Assembly (NCBI GenBank): GCA_051362555.1 | Contig: CM120646.1 | Location: 15,314,001-15,378,000 of the forward strand | DNA from: Lingula anatina | Lineage: Eukaryota; Animalia; Brachiopoda | DNA length: 64,000 bases | Reading direction: 5' to 3' | Shown here: one piece after another, positions 1 to 12,700 of the stretch | Numbering within the stretch: position 1 is the first letter of the stretch | Layout: each line of letters starts with the position of its first letter | Notes under the pieces: generated by a model | The model's database searches: none | Told to the model about the DNA's origin: nothing | The model's input: the letters and a program-made list of their open reading frames with translations, nothing else | Position numbers and translations under genes: made by a program

Positions 1-1
1 G

Positions 2-1572
2 GTGCAAATACCAAGGCGTTTCTCCCCCAATACACAGGAATGAAAGCGAATTTGATCCTGGTGCCAAGTATCATATACCAGCTAATACACCATATATAAG
101 GTTCAGTTTCAGTGTATATTGAAATTGTATGTTAACCATTGCTAGGTTCTTGGTATAAAATGAACCTCCAGATCCTGACTAATTTACATGAAAGGCATTT
201 AGTATACATTAGATAACTGAAAGTAATATAATGGTGCATATTAAAATGCAGTTTATTCTTGGTACCTTTCTATCCAAGTTTCTAAATTTTGATGAATTAT
301 CAATCAGTTTGTGTGATTGTTTTTATACACAGTTTCCAATATTGAGCATTTACATCTCTGTGTGAAAAAAATACTCATTAATTAATATGATGCAACTTTT
401 TGAATAAAAGTGGCTATGGCATTCTCATATTTAGGAGAGGGATTTTTTGCTTTGTAAACAATTTTCAGGTGATTATTCAAAATTCAAAAATATATGTCCA
501 CACCAAATTGGCTTAAGCATGAGTCTTTAAGAGTATTTTCAAAGAAAGTTAACAATAGAGCTGTATAAGCTTGAGAAATCTCTATTTGATTTCTCTCCAT
601 ACTAAAAACATTCTAAAACAAGATAATCTAATTCATTTTTAAACCTTTATGTCTTCAGGTATTTTGTTAGTTATGTCCTACAGTTCCAGTTCCACGAGGC
701 CCTCTGTAACACAGCCAATCAGACAGGTCCCTTGCACATGTGCGACATCTATCGATCTACAGAAGCAGGAGCAAAACTTGGGTAATGTGGCTGTAAAATT
801 GCATACTAAATAAAATACATATCGTTAGTTCATTACGTATCATTTCATTAGTCTGATATACATTATTTTGATTAAATTATCAGTTACTAAGTTCCTATTT
901 ATTAGTATGCAACCCTCAACAGAAAGCTATGGAAAGTGTACCAAGACATAATTCACTACTACGACACTATTTGTAAATTCTAGCTATATATTCAAATTTA
1001 GTATCAGCAAGTATATAAATATAGAAGAAATAGCATTTCTGCATTCCCCCAGTGAAAATTCAAAACATTTTACAGTATAACTGTTGCATAATGTCACAAT
1101 TGCCTCAAGCATTGTAAAACACTTCTTCATATGACTGCATATATTTGCCAAAAACAATCCAGTGTAACTATCACACCTACAGCAATTAAACCCAAACATC
1201 ATTACAACTAACACAATCCCTTCAAACTGTGAAGTCTTTAATATTATCTATTTTTCTTTATATTTTAGTAACATGTTAAAACTTGGATCTAGTAAACCAT
1301 GGCCAGAGGCACTGGAGCAAGTTACAGGGACCCGTAACATGTCCGCTAATGCCATCTTGCTCTACTTCAAGCCTCTAATTGATTGGCTAAAGGTCCAAAA
1401 TGCAGGTCAGGGCATAACATGGTCTGAAGAATGTCCAACTGAGTTTTACACGACTACTTCTGCTCCTTCAACCACCACCAAATTCAAGCCAGCAAATTCA
1501 ACAGGAAGGTTGCATAATAGTTTCTTTATAGTAGCCTTTATATCTGTATTGACACGTTACATTGTAAGATGA
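2..1572 (+). CDS. ACE: Angiotensin-converting enzyme-like peptidase (M2 family), copy 1, last three exons only
   Basis: Exons 2-100 (CKYQGVSPP...[17 protein letters not shown]), 659-781 ([16 protein letters not shown]...CDIYRS) and 1269-1572 ([19 protein letters not shown]...stop). GT-AG junctions keep the frame, and these are typical ACE C-terminal motifs. The 5' part lies outside the window. Confidence 0.95.
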
Positions 1573-3189
1573 ACACACATGTGAAGTACTAATTGGTGTC
1601 GATTAAGACAGTAGAGCAACTGACATGTCAATTCAAAGTTGAAATCACAGTAATACATTTTAAGACCATAACAGAAATGTATTGAAAATCACACTAGAAT
1701 TTATCTTTCCGATTCTTCATTCTTAGCATATTTATACTCAGGAGCCCCAACTTGTGCTTACATATTATACTTATTAAAGAACCTGAATATATTTGAAATA
1801 AAATTAATTACAAAAAGCTTTAGGGATATTATGGATACAGTATCAAAATGGCAAGTGTATGATACCATTTTATATTTCTTTTTTCCAAAATTAACATCAG
1901 TGCATTGCTATATTTTGGTTTCTTGTAAACTAAAATTTGAATGATCGATTGAGGAAAATCTTCAGTTTTAATCAGTGATTTAAAATCAAAATTTAATAAC
2001 AAGAATTTGAAGGAATTGGCTACCATGCAAATAATGAAAAGAGGTGAAATGTGAATTTTCATCATTTGCAGGGGCATTTTGGTGGTCTAATCAACAGTGA
2101 TTATTACTGTCAACATGGCTTTCTGCTTTGTTTTTGGGTGTATTCACCAAAGTAGCAGACAAATGTTTTTTTTTTCCCAATTCCCTATGGATAAGGTCAA
2201 ACAGATGGCAGGCAAAACAGGATTAAGATATTCTATATTTCACTGTACAGTAGGCAGAAAGTAAACAAACCTGTTCCCAGAAGTTGGTATGTTGCACAAT
2301 AACATTGCAATATCAGCGTATGATCGCACATATGCAAATAAGACTTTATTGCCCTAATGGTACACGGGCAAAATAGCTAAATAAGTGCACCATAAAAATG
2401 TTAATTGTCAATAATATTGACAGAAGTTGGCATATCATCTCACATATGCAAACGAAACTTATGTGCCCTATTTGTAAAAGGGCAAAATGGCTAAATAAGT
2501 GCACCATCCAATAAGATTGTCAATTAACATTTTTATACCACTGGGATCTGAGTATGTTTGAGATCAAACGGCACAAAATACAATTGGTTAGACATATTAT
2601 TTAATATGAAATATTTAATCAGCTTTATATCTAACTGGGATTTTAAAGGTACGTCCTTTTGTCAGAACATACTTGTGTTGTTCCATGGCTTGAAACTCTT
2701 CAAAATAGATACTGGGCAAACTATTCTCTGATTGGTTTCATGCTATTGCATCAATTTTTCAAAGCATTAAAATATTTTTATATGATGTAATTACATTGTT
2801 ATTCATTCAGAACTAAGAAAGAGATCGAAAATAATTATACAATTTATGTTAAGCTTACTGCGTATGTTTTTTTGGGGGGGAGGTTATATATACTTTTTGA
2901 GTTAGTATTTTAGGGCTTAAATCATAATGAAATCAATTTGGAAGCTAAACTGAGGGTGGTATATTATAATGATAGATCTAAATAAATGTAATTCATACCT
3001 TAATAGCATACTGCAGGGCTAGAGCAATGCATTCAGTGAGTGACTCTCTCTTTCTCTGCAAAATTTAAGATAAGCAGCTGGTGTCCTTGTGGATGCTACT
3101 TCATGCAACTTATTTAACAGGAAATCTTTTACTTTGTTTTAAATGTTGTTTAAAAAATTTATTGTCAGTGATGGTTTTTCTAAGCTAGG

Positions 3190-4140
3190 ATCTATACACA
3201 TAATTTTTCCTGAACTGTTTTGTATTAATAAAAGTAACTTAAGTTTCTATTTCATTTTTCTGTACTTTATTGGATCATACATCAAATAAACATTTATAAA
3301 ATAAAATAATTCTAGGCATAACACACAGAATAAGCACACTTAAGTTATATGTATAATTTTTCCTAAACTATTTTGTAGTAATAAATGTAACTGAAGTTTC
3401 TATTTAATTTTTCTGTACTTAACTGGATCACACATCAAATAAACATTAATAAAACAAAATAATTCCAGGCATAACACACAGAATAAGCACGCTTACTTTA
3501 TATGTATAATTTTTCCTAAACTATTTTGTAGTAATAAATGTAACTGAAGTTTCTATTTAATTTTTCTGTACTTAACTGGATCACACATCAAATAAACATA
3601 AATTAAACAAAATTATTCCAAGCATAACACACAGAATAAGCTTTTATTCTGCCTAAAATCACACACTTGATTTATATTTGGCCAAGTCTTATAAGTGAAT
3701 TTTGCAGATTTAACAAGCTGAATATAAATAAAAACAAAATAAATTAATAATAAATCAATGAATAAACAGTCATTTCTGTTCATCCTTTCTTGCAATTATA
3801 ACAGTATAAAATTTATAGTCAGTGATGGTTTTCTAAGCAATACATATAATTTTTTCTAAACTATTTTGTAGTAATAAAAGTAACTTAAGCTTCTTTTTCA
3901 TTTTTCTGTACTTTATTGGATCACACATCAAATAAACATTTAATTTAATAAAACAAAATAATTTCAGGCATAACACACAGAATAAGCTTTTATTCTGCTT
4001 AAAATCACACACTTGTAATAAAAGTGACTTTTGCAGATTTAACAAACTAAATACAAATAAAAACACTAAATTTATTAATAAATCAATGAATAAACAGTCC
4101 TTTCTGTTCACCCTTTCTTGCAATTATAACCGTAATAAAA
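3190..4140. repeat. AT-rich tandem repeat/satellite, basic unit ~153 bp with longer variant units
   Basis: The block aagtttctatt...tggatcacacatcaaataaacat...ggcataacacacagaataagc recurs at ~3241, 3394 and 3547, and again near 3890. The same family is at 15810-16320 and 19280-19870. Confidence 0.9.
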
Positions 4141-5563
4141 TTTTATCACTCGGAGCAATATCCAAGATTCCATTACATGTTTATATTTGTTTTTCTGTAT
4201 TGTCAGAAATGAATAAGAGTATGGCAATTTTGGCATTCCTTTTGAAGATATTTAAATTTTAATGAGATGTACAACAATTATGATAATAAAAAGAGTTTAT
4301 TTTTCAGTCCCAATCGATTTACTCAAATTCTCAAACTCAAATTCTGTCTTAACATGAACGTTCATTACGCCAATTTAAAACTAGGAAAATAGACTGTTTT
4401 CTTTGTTGGAAAACCACAGGAAGCTAGATTTTGTACTTATGTAAGTCTGGAGCTTCTGAAACATTTCCTGTTTAATAAATCACAATAGTTATAGACGAAA
4501 TTAGGGAAAGGCAAAAGACATACTTGGCAATCATGAATGTATTGTTTCCTGGGTATGATGACGACCAGAAGTTGGAGCTTGTCATAGCTGACTGTTGTAG
4601 GAGAACTTCAAAATACACAATAAGAGCTAGCTTACGAATGCAGACGATCATTATTACATACAGCAAATGGGTTGTTATAATATACTGTATGATCACCAAA
4701 CCACGATAAACACAAGCTGTGTGCTCGTGTATTTTCCTTTCATTACATTTTAAGCAAATAAGTATTGGCTTGTAGGCTCATTGGCGTGAGTAGGACTGAC
4801 TGTGCAAGTCGCTCTTTTAAGTACTGATCTACTAAATTGTAACACGCCATGGAGTAAATCAGGTCGATTTGTATAGGGTGGCGTCTGTAAATACAAAACC
4901 TTTGTACGCAAGTCTTCTTAGCTAGGTGTTATTGAAAATACAAGTCTTCAATACATGTATGACTAATATTGGAAAGGAAAGCGAAAATTTGCCTTACAAT
5001 CTTCTGGCAAGGAGGCAAAATGAATGGAAACAGAGCCACACAATTTATGGATAACTTAACAATAGTAACCGAATTCGCAGAGATATTGTGAAAGAGAGTA
5101 AAGTCCCGTGAACCGCTCGGACTGTTTTAACTTTAACGTATCAACAACATAAAAAGGACCAAAGCATTTGTGTAGAAAGGAGTTGGCCTCTTTCCAAACA
5201 GACAATTTCTGTTTTCTAGCTACATTTGTATGCGTTTCTTTTGCTTGTCTGCCTCACCCAATTTTGTGAGGTCAGGTACATGTATATTCAAGCCTCTTTG
5301 ACCGTAAATTGCACTTGTCCTCCCCTTGTTTCCTCAGCCCTATTGTTTCAAATAACCTGAAAGAAAGATGCCCTCGTTAACCACATCATTGCCCCAGTAA
5401 CTCTGAGCATGTCTCTACTTCCCACTGAAAACATATTAGGCATTACCCTATATCCATGTGACCTGTCGGTGTCAGCAGGTAACGTGCTCTACCAACATGA
5501 CCTTAGCATCATTCAGACGCAGTGGGAGAGAGAGCACGTTGGGACTGCTCCAACACTGCCAGA

Positions 5564-7343
5564 ATGTCTTCTGCTTTTCGGCTGGCAGCGACGGTTCTTT
5601 TAGTGGTGGCTTCTTCCGCAAAGGGCGCGATGGCTCAGAAAAATACGAACGAGACGATCGCCAGGGCGTGGGCTCAGGAATACAACCAAAGAGCGCAGAT
5701 TGTGTTTGCAGAAAAGGTGGAAGCGGAATGGAACTACAGTACTAACATAACCGACTATAACAGAGCTGTTGCTGTAAGTACTTATTTATACTAGTATAAG
5801 AAAACGTTCTTTACTTGCGTACGGTCACGATAATGAACGCGCCGGCAGAATGTCTTATATCTTACAAGAGCATGATGTGTGTTCGCTACAAATATTACTA
5901 AATTTAACGGAGAAAGACAGGTACTGTTTTGTTAACAGTTGTAACTGCTATGTAACCGTAACCGTACCGTAACGGATAAAACTGGTGTCTTATAACTATG
6001 AATTCACCAATCATAATTTTTCTTTCATATTCTATTTCATCGAAACCTTGCGTGTATTGAATACATTGCATCAACTGCGTTAGTTTTGTTACCACATTCA
6101 TTTTCTGGTGAGCACGTTCCACTTTAGGTTCTTTATACAGCGAACATCTAAGAAGCTACATACACACAATGCCTCTAATTGTATATGGGCAAAGTCCTCG
6201 CAAATCGCATTGCATTGCATTACATTACATTGTATATTTAGCACAACGCCTCCATCATTTCTGCAGAGTTTGACAGAGAGGCTGCGGAAAATGCTTCGTC
6301 GTTTGCCTGGGAGAATTTCACCGATCCTGATCTTAGGAGGCAATTCAGAAAAATCTCCGATGTCGGCTCGGCAACACTCCTTCGCAAGGACAAGGCCAAG
6401 TACGAGAGGGTGAGTTGATGACACAGTGATGTCACGTTTTATAAGCATGTAGTGCAGATGCAGGGGAGGATTTAGGCCGTCTTCTGGGTCTTCCGGAAGA
6501 CGGTCAGATTTTCAAGTTTACATTGACGGGCATCTTTTTTTTTTGTTGGAAGACGGTCAAAATTGGAGGATGAATCAACAAAGACAATTGGAAGACTGTC
6601 AGTAAATAGCTCTGGATCCGCCCCTGAGATGTGACAAAAACATAATATGACACGATCGTGTCGTGGAGCATTTATAAGAAAATGGGTCTGCTCTGATATC
6701 TGATTTCAGTTTACAGAAATGTGTACAGAAATCGCAAATGAAAATATTCATGTACATATGACCTTGAGACAATGCAAAAATATTTATCTGTGATTTAGAT
6801 TGAAGTAGGTCTGGTTTGCTTGTCTCTGTGTTATGTAAATATCTTAGATGACATGAATGTCAGTAAGGTCAGAATTAAAGCTTTCCGGGTCAGTTACTTT
6901 TTGCTTTCCAAACATGTAGTATGTGAAAGGAATATATATTTTTCTTTCTCTTTCTTTCGTTCTTTGTTTTTTAATTTTCTTTACAAAGTTGGGGGCGTGT
7001 GACGAGAAGTCAGTGTTGATTTTACGTTGTAGGCCTAACAATTTAGGTTCTTAAAAAACTCAAATCGACGCACTCACTTGCTAATGGGCAAAACTTCACT
7101 GTAAAATTCAACAATTTCTCTCATCCACAATGTTTTCATCCCATCGATTAAAGATCCTGACAGAGTAGTTTGTATCCATTTCAGCTCATATCGTTAGTCA
7201 CCAATATGGAGACCACTTATAGCGAGGGCCAAGTATGTGACAAAAATGACACATGTTTAGATTTGGAGCCAGGTTAAGTATTCGACATACTTTTTTGTTT
7301 ATTAACCTAGTAGTGAATTGTTTTAGGACCATTGAAGTTAATA

Positions 7344-7380
<37 letters not shown>

Positions 7381-9763
7381 AAAACTCATTTGTTTAATGA
7401 CCAGTCCTTATATTATTACAGGTCTTATCCGATTAATGGCTACCTCGAGAGATTATTGGGAACTTCTTGATGCCTGGAAAGGATGGCGGGATGCAACTGG
7501 ACGAAAGATTCGAAATGATTACAGGGAATTTGTTGATCTCAGTAACGAGGCTGCTATTGAAAATGGTAAGTACATGTAGGCCTAAGTGAACGCCTGTGCA
7601 TATGCGCTTTTGCACTGGTGTACTTTTTACTTAATGTGGTAGAATCATATATGCACCACACATTAAGATATTTAAACCATTTCAAATTAAAATCACTACT
7701 CCTGAATCGATAATCTTGATTTACATAGTAACCGGTTCTATTCTTATTTTTTATCGATCCAGGAAAAGCAAAGTAGTGTAAATATTCACCTGCAAGTAGA
7801 GGCCGATGAAAATCTGAAGTTCAAACTAAAACCAGGGACATAAATTTTGAATATTTCAAAATTCTGTTTTTAAAAGGCAAGCAGTGGCTGTTAGACTTTT
7901 ATATAGGAAAAGAAATATTTATTTTATGGTAAATAAGAGGAATTTCCCCTTTATAACTAAAAGTTGTTACGATCTTAACCAGATTTAGAGCTCGTTATAT
8001 TTAATAAAACGTCTCCCTCTTGCACCCTGAGCTTCAGAGCTAACTTGACACTAACCTCTTCACTGTAGCCTATCTTCATCGTGTAATCGTGTATTAAAAG
8101 TTACTTGACACGATGGAGATAGGCTACAGTGAAAAGGTTAGTGTCAAGTTAGCTCTGAAGCTCAGGGTGCCCTCTTGCGAGAGAGGCTCAAAAATCCGAA
8201 ACTTGAAACACTGAAAACATTAATTGCTCGTAATTTTGTCAACGGTATATGATGTGGTATAACCCATTAATGAGGCAGAGGTGATGAAAATTCCCAAAAA
8301 ATTAATTTTGTCAATATAATAATATAACGTAAATGTCAAGACTTTTTGCTGTGAGAAGGGGCGGATCCAGGGCTATTTGAAGGGGGGGGGGGGTGTCAGC
8401 GGATGCGAAGCCGACCCCCCCCCCTTTGCATGGGGTTCGGGGGCCGCTGAAGGGCCCCGAAAATTGTTGGTATTTTAGAGGGCGAACAGTGCTATTTGGT
8501 ACGGCTTAGAACTATGATTCATCTAGTTAAAATTCCTATTAAAAGATGGGACCATCGGTGTCATTTTTTTCAGAAATCGAAGGGGGGTTCAGGACTCCCC
8601 TGACCCCCTCCCCCACCCCTAAACCCGCCAGTGTATCAGTGTGTATGTGTATGAGGGACTAACGTCCACTGAGTTATGAGAGATGCGCTTTAAATAACAT
8701 ATTGCGTTGAGTTTTATGTAGCGATAGTCCGAAGGTTCAATAGTCCGAAGGTTCATTGGTCCGAATTTTCACTATAGAATCTTCGGACCAATGAACCCTT
8801 GATAAAAAAAAATCCATAAAAATGTTACCACTTTTCGGACCAATGAACCTTCGGACCAATGAACCTTCGGACTATCGAGACGCCCCCGAGTTTTATAACC
8901 GTGGAAAGAAATCAGCATTTATAAAAAGCGATTTGAAGTTATGCAAATGTAGTACAAGATATGGACGTCACTGACATGCTTTTGTTGTCCATTTTTTGTG
9001 AAGAGAAAACAAAACAGTTTTTTATTGCGGCATCAACACAAATACCATGCTTTCTCCCATTCTTGCAGGGTACGCAGACACAGGGGATTACTGGAGGTCC
9101 TGGTACGACACTGCCGATTTCCGGGATCAACTAGAGCAACTGTATGAGGAGATGAAGCCGCTCTATCTGAACCTACACGCCTATGTGAAGAATAAACTGA
9201 AAGCAAAATATGGAGAGAGCTTGTTTCCACCGAGTGGACACATTCCAGCTCACTTATTAGGTATGGGTGTTATCGCGTTCTAGATGTGGTTCGGAATTAT
9301 GCCACAATTTAATGTTAGAATATCACAGATTGTTTAAAAACCTTGAGGTATTGCAATATATGTAATAGTGATAGGCAGGGGCAGGCGGGGGGGGGGGGGG
9401 GAGGGGGGGGGGGGAAGGGGCAGACGAAATAAGACCAGACAAATATATGTAGCTATAGACAAAAGAATCTTCACAAGTCTATTGCAATAACATAGCTAAT
9501 GAAGGTGTTCTAAATTAAGACGTACTGTCAGTATGACACAAAATAAAGCATTTCACTTTTTTTTCACATTTATTTCAAGGGAATATGTGGGCCCAAAGTT
9601 GGAACAATATATTCGACCTCGTGGAGCCTTTTGCTGGGAAACCTAGCGTTGACGTCACCCCTCAGATGAAGAAACTGGTAATGACGGGCTTATAAGTTTT
9701 CTACCCTCTGAAAGTGTATAGATTTATTCTGAAATTATTGCAATGGATATTTCTTGTGTAGCG

Positions 9764-9799
<36 letters not shown>

Positions 9800-12700
9800 T
9801 GAGCAGTGACATCTGTAAATAAAGATGTAAACAAAAGCTTTAAAACATTAAAAATGTTTCACTCGTAAGCGGTGTAAAATTGTACCTCAGAATTGAAATA
9901 TGGCAGTGGTTTTTATCTCCCAAAAACATTGTAAGGTGCGTTTTTTTATTGAATTCCTGGAATTTGTTTTAGAATTACACGGCCAGTAAAATGTTCAACA
10001 TGTCTGAGGAATTCTTCACTTCGCTGGGTTTGAAAGCAATGCCACAGGAGTTTTGGGATCATTCCATGCTAGAGAAGCCTACGGATGGACGTAAGGTTGT
10101 GTGTCACGCGTCAGCTTGGGTTTTTTACAACCAAAAAGACTTCAGGTAAATGTCAACATTGGTGGCCTTTGTAACCGCTCAAAATTAGATCAGTAATAGT
10201 GCAACTGACGTCACAAGACGACCAGATATATATCATACGGGTCTGCCTCGTGGTTCTTTCTGCTTCTTGTTAGTTTGGATCCGTAAGCGGCCTTTCTTCT
10301 TTACTACTTTTTAAACAAATTCTTGCGATAAATGTTTTGTTTTCTTAATGCATAATAAAAATAGTTCTCTTAATTAGAAAACCGATGGTAAAATACTCAC
10401 ACACAGGGTCCAAGTAACAGAGTCCAGCTTCAGTTAGATTCATACAGGTTAGGATTAACTGGACGTAAGTGAAAGTGGATCAAATTTCAGGAAGGGGGCT
10501 TAACCGCACAAATCAATGTGCACCGGACCCTATATGCTAGGGGCTCTCTAGTAAATGACACTGGGCTTGTACCTCATTGTTGAGATGATAACATAAAAGG
10601 ATCATTTACAATTACTTGATCCGAGGACTTACTGGTCCCTGTATCGAATATGGCGAGCACGAATAATCCCTTAACAAAAATGCATTCTATTCCACGCCTC
10701 CCACACGCGCCATCCCAGCAAAGGCAGGGCAATTAAATCTCCGCATTTTTTGGGGGTGGTGGCGCCATATTTGATCCGCATACTAGTTAGTCCGCAGAAT
10801 AACTGGTTGTGAATGCTCCCAAATAGGTAAATGAGTCGTATATTGGGTTTTTGTTTTGTCAGAATCAAACAGTGCACAGACATCACGATGGATGATCTGA
10901 TCACAGTCCACCATGAAATGGGCCACGTGCAGTATGATCTCCAATGTAAGGATCAGCCGGTCGTGTACAGGGGGGGAGCAAATCCCGGTATGGATTGCCT
11001 GTGTTGTTTTTGCTTTGAATAGTACTTAGTTAACTCCTCCTTAATGTTCAAGAAGTCAAATTCATTAGAATGAAATTATGAATATTGGTTTGGAGAAAAA
11101 CTATTATGAGATTCATAAAGAAAAAAAAAGAAGAAGAAATTAACTTTCTAAAACCACCCCTCATAAAATTAATAAAATGAAATAAAAGAGAAAACATAAT
11201 AAATAAATAAATTGTGCGTTTACTAATTTTCGTATTTATAGAAACAAGATAAAGGCCTTATTTTTAACACTGTGCAGAACAACGTAGACCTAGGAACACA
11301 GGTTGTTGCAATACAGAAATGCTAAGTTTAAACTTCGTTTTCAGCATGACACAACTAAGAAGCCCTCCAATTCTCTGTCCTTATACTTACAGGGTTCCAA
11401 GAGGCTGTTGGTGAAGTACTGGCCCTCTCAGTCTCCACGCCCACACATTTGAAAGAGATCGGCCTGCTGGAGGATGTTGTCAATGACAATGGTAAAAACA
11501 ATGAAATATTTGGGAAGTATTTGGTTTTTACGTTTTCTGTGTTCTGTAAGGGAAAAAGTTATTAAAAGCAGTGTGCCATATTCATATGATACTTTATAAG
11601 TATATTTTGACTTCCAACAAGTGCCAAACATTAAAAGTCGTGGTGCTATGCTAATAAGCATCAATCCTTTTTTTGTTGTTGTTGTTGTAGAGAGTGACAT
11701 AAACTATCTAATGAGCATTGCCTTGGACAAAATTGCCTATATCCCATTTGGATATTTGGTGGACCAATGGCGCTGGAGTGTCTTTGATGGTTCAACAAAG
11801 TTTGAGGATTATAACAAAGAGTGGTGGAAGTTACGGTAGGTGTGGCACATGCATGTAATGCATTCGCTATGTGCTCAGGTGTACCATTTTTACAACTAAC
11901 ACATTCATTATCTCTGCCAAGGAGTTTATGTTTTTGGTTCCGTTAGTTTGTCTGTCTGTCTATCTGTCTGTCCGTCTGTCTGTCTGTTAGCAACATTACA
12001 GAAAAAGTTATGGACCGCTTTTGATGACATTTTCAGGAACTGTCACAAGTGGGCCAAGAAACAGATGATTAGTTTTTGGTGGTGATCAGGATCAATAATC
12101 AATCAATAATCAATAATAAAAAAAATAAGTCATGGACCAATTTTAATGAAATTTTCTGGAACTGTCAGAAGTGGGCCAAGGAACAGATGATTAGTTTTTG
12201 GTGGTGATCTGGATCAATAATCAATCAATAATCAATAATAAAAAAAATAAGTCATGGACCAATTTTAATGAAATTTTCTGGAACTGTCAGAAGTGGGCCA
12301 AGGAACAGATGATTAGTTTTTGGTGGTGATCTGGATCATTAAACAATCAATAATCAAAAAACAATATCATTATAGAATGAAAATTTAGGGGTGAAATGGC
12401 ATTGGGTGGAGACTCTTGGAGTGCTTTTCTAGTATTTTGCTTTCATTCAGTCCAATGGGAGTGGTTTTGTACATGTTCACACTATAGAACATTTGGACCA
12501 GTGAACCCTTGATTTAAAAAAAAATGAAAATATTACCATTTTTTGGATCAATGACCCTTCGGACTATCGAGACACCCCCTGTTCATTCAGCCAAAATCCA
12601 GTAATTTCTTCAACGTGGGGTACAACTGGCCTCATTTTTACACTTTAGTGTTGGCACACCTAACGCACTCCATATATTAAGAATTCCCTGAATGAAAAAC

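Noticed and set aside
3613-4123. Family of small minus-strand ORFs (MQER.NR.DCLFIDLL; also 19162-19347, 19524-19856)
   Set aside because: They are translations of satellite units with inconsistent frames and lengths and no protein motif.
3190-4140. CRISPR-like array (also considered for 8718-8887 and 12005-12360)
   Set aside because: The units repeat in full with no unique spacers, there are no cas genes, and the context is eukaryotic.
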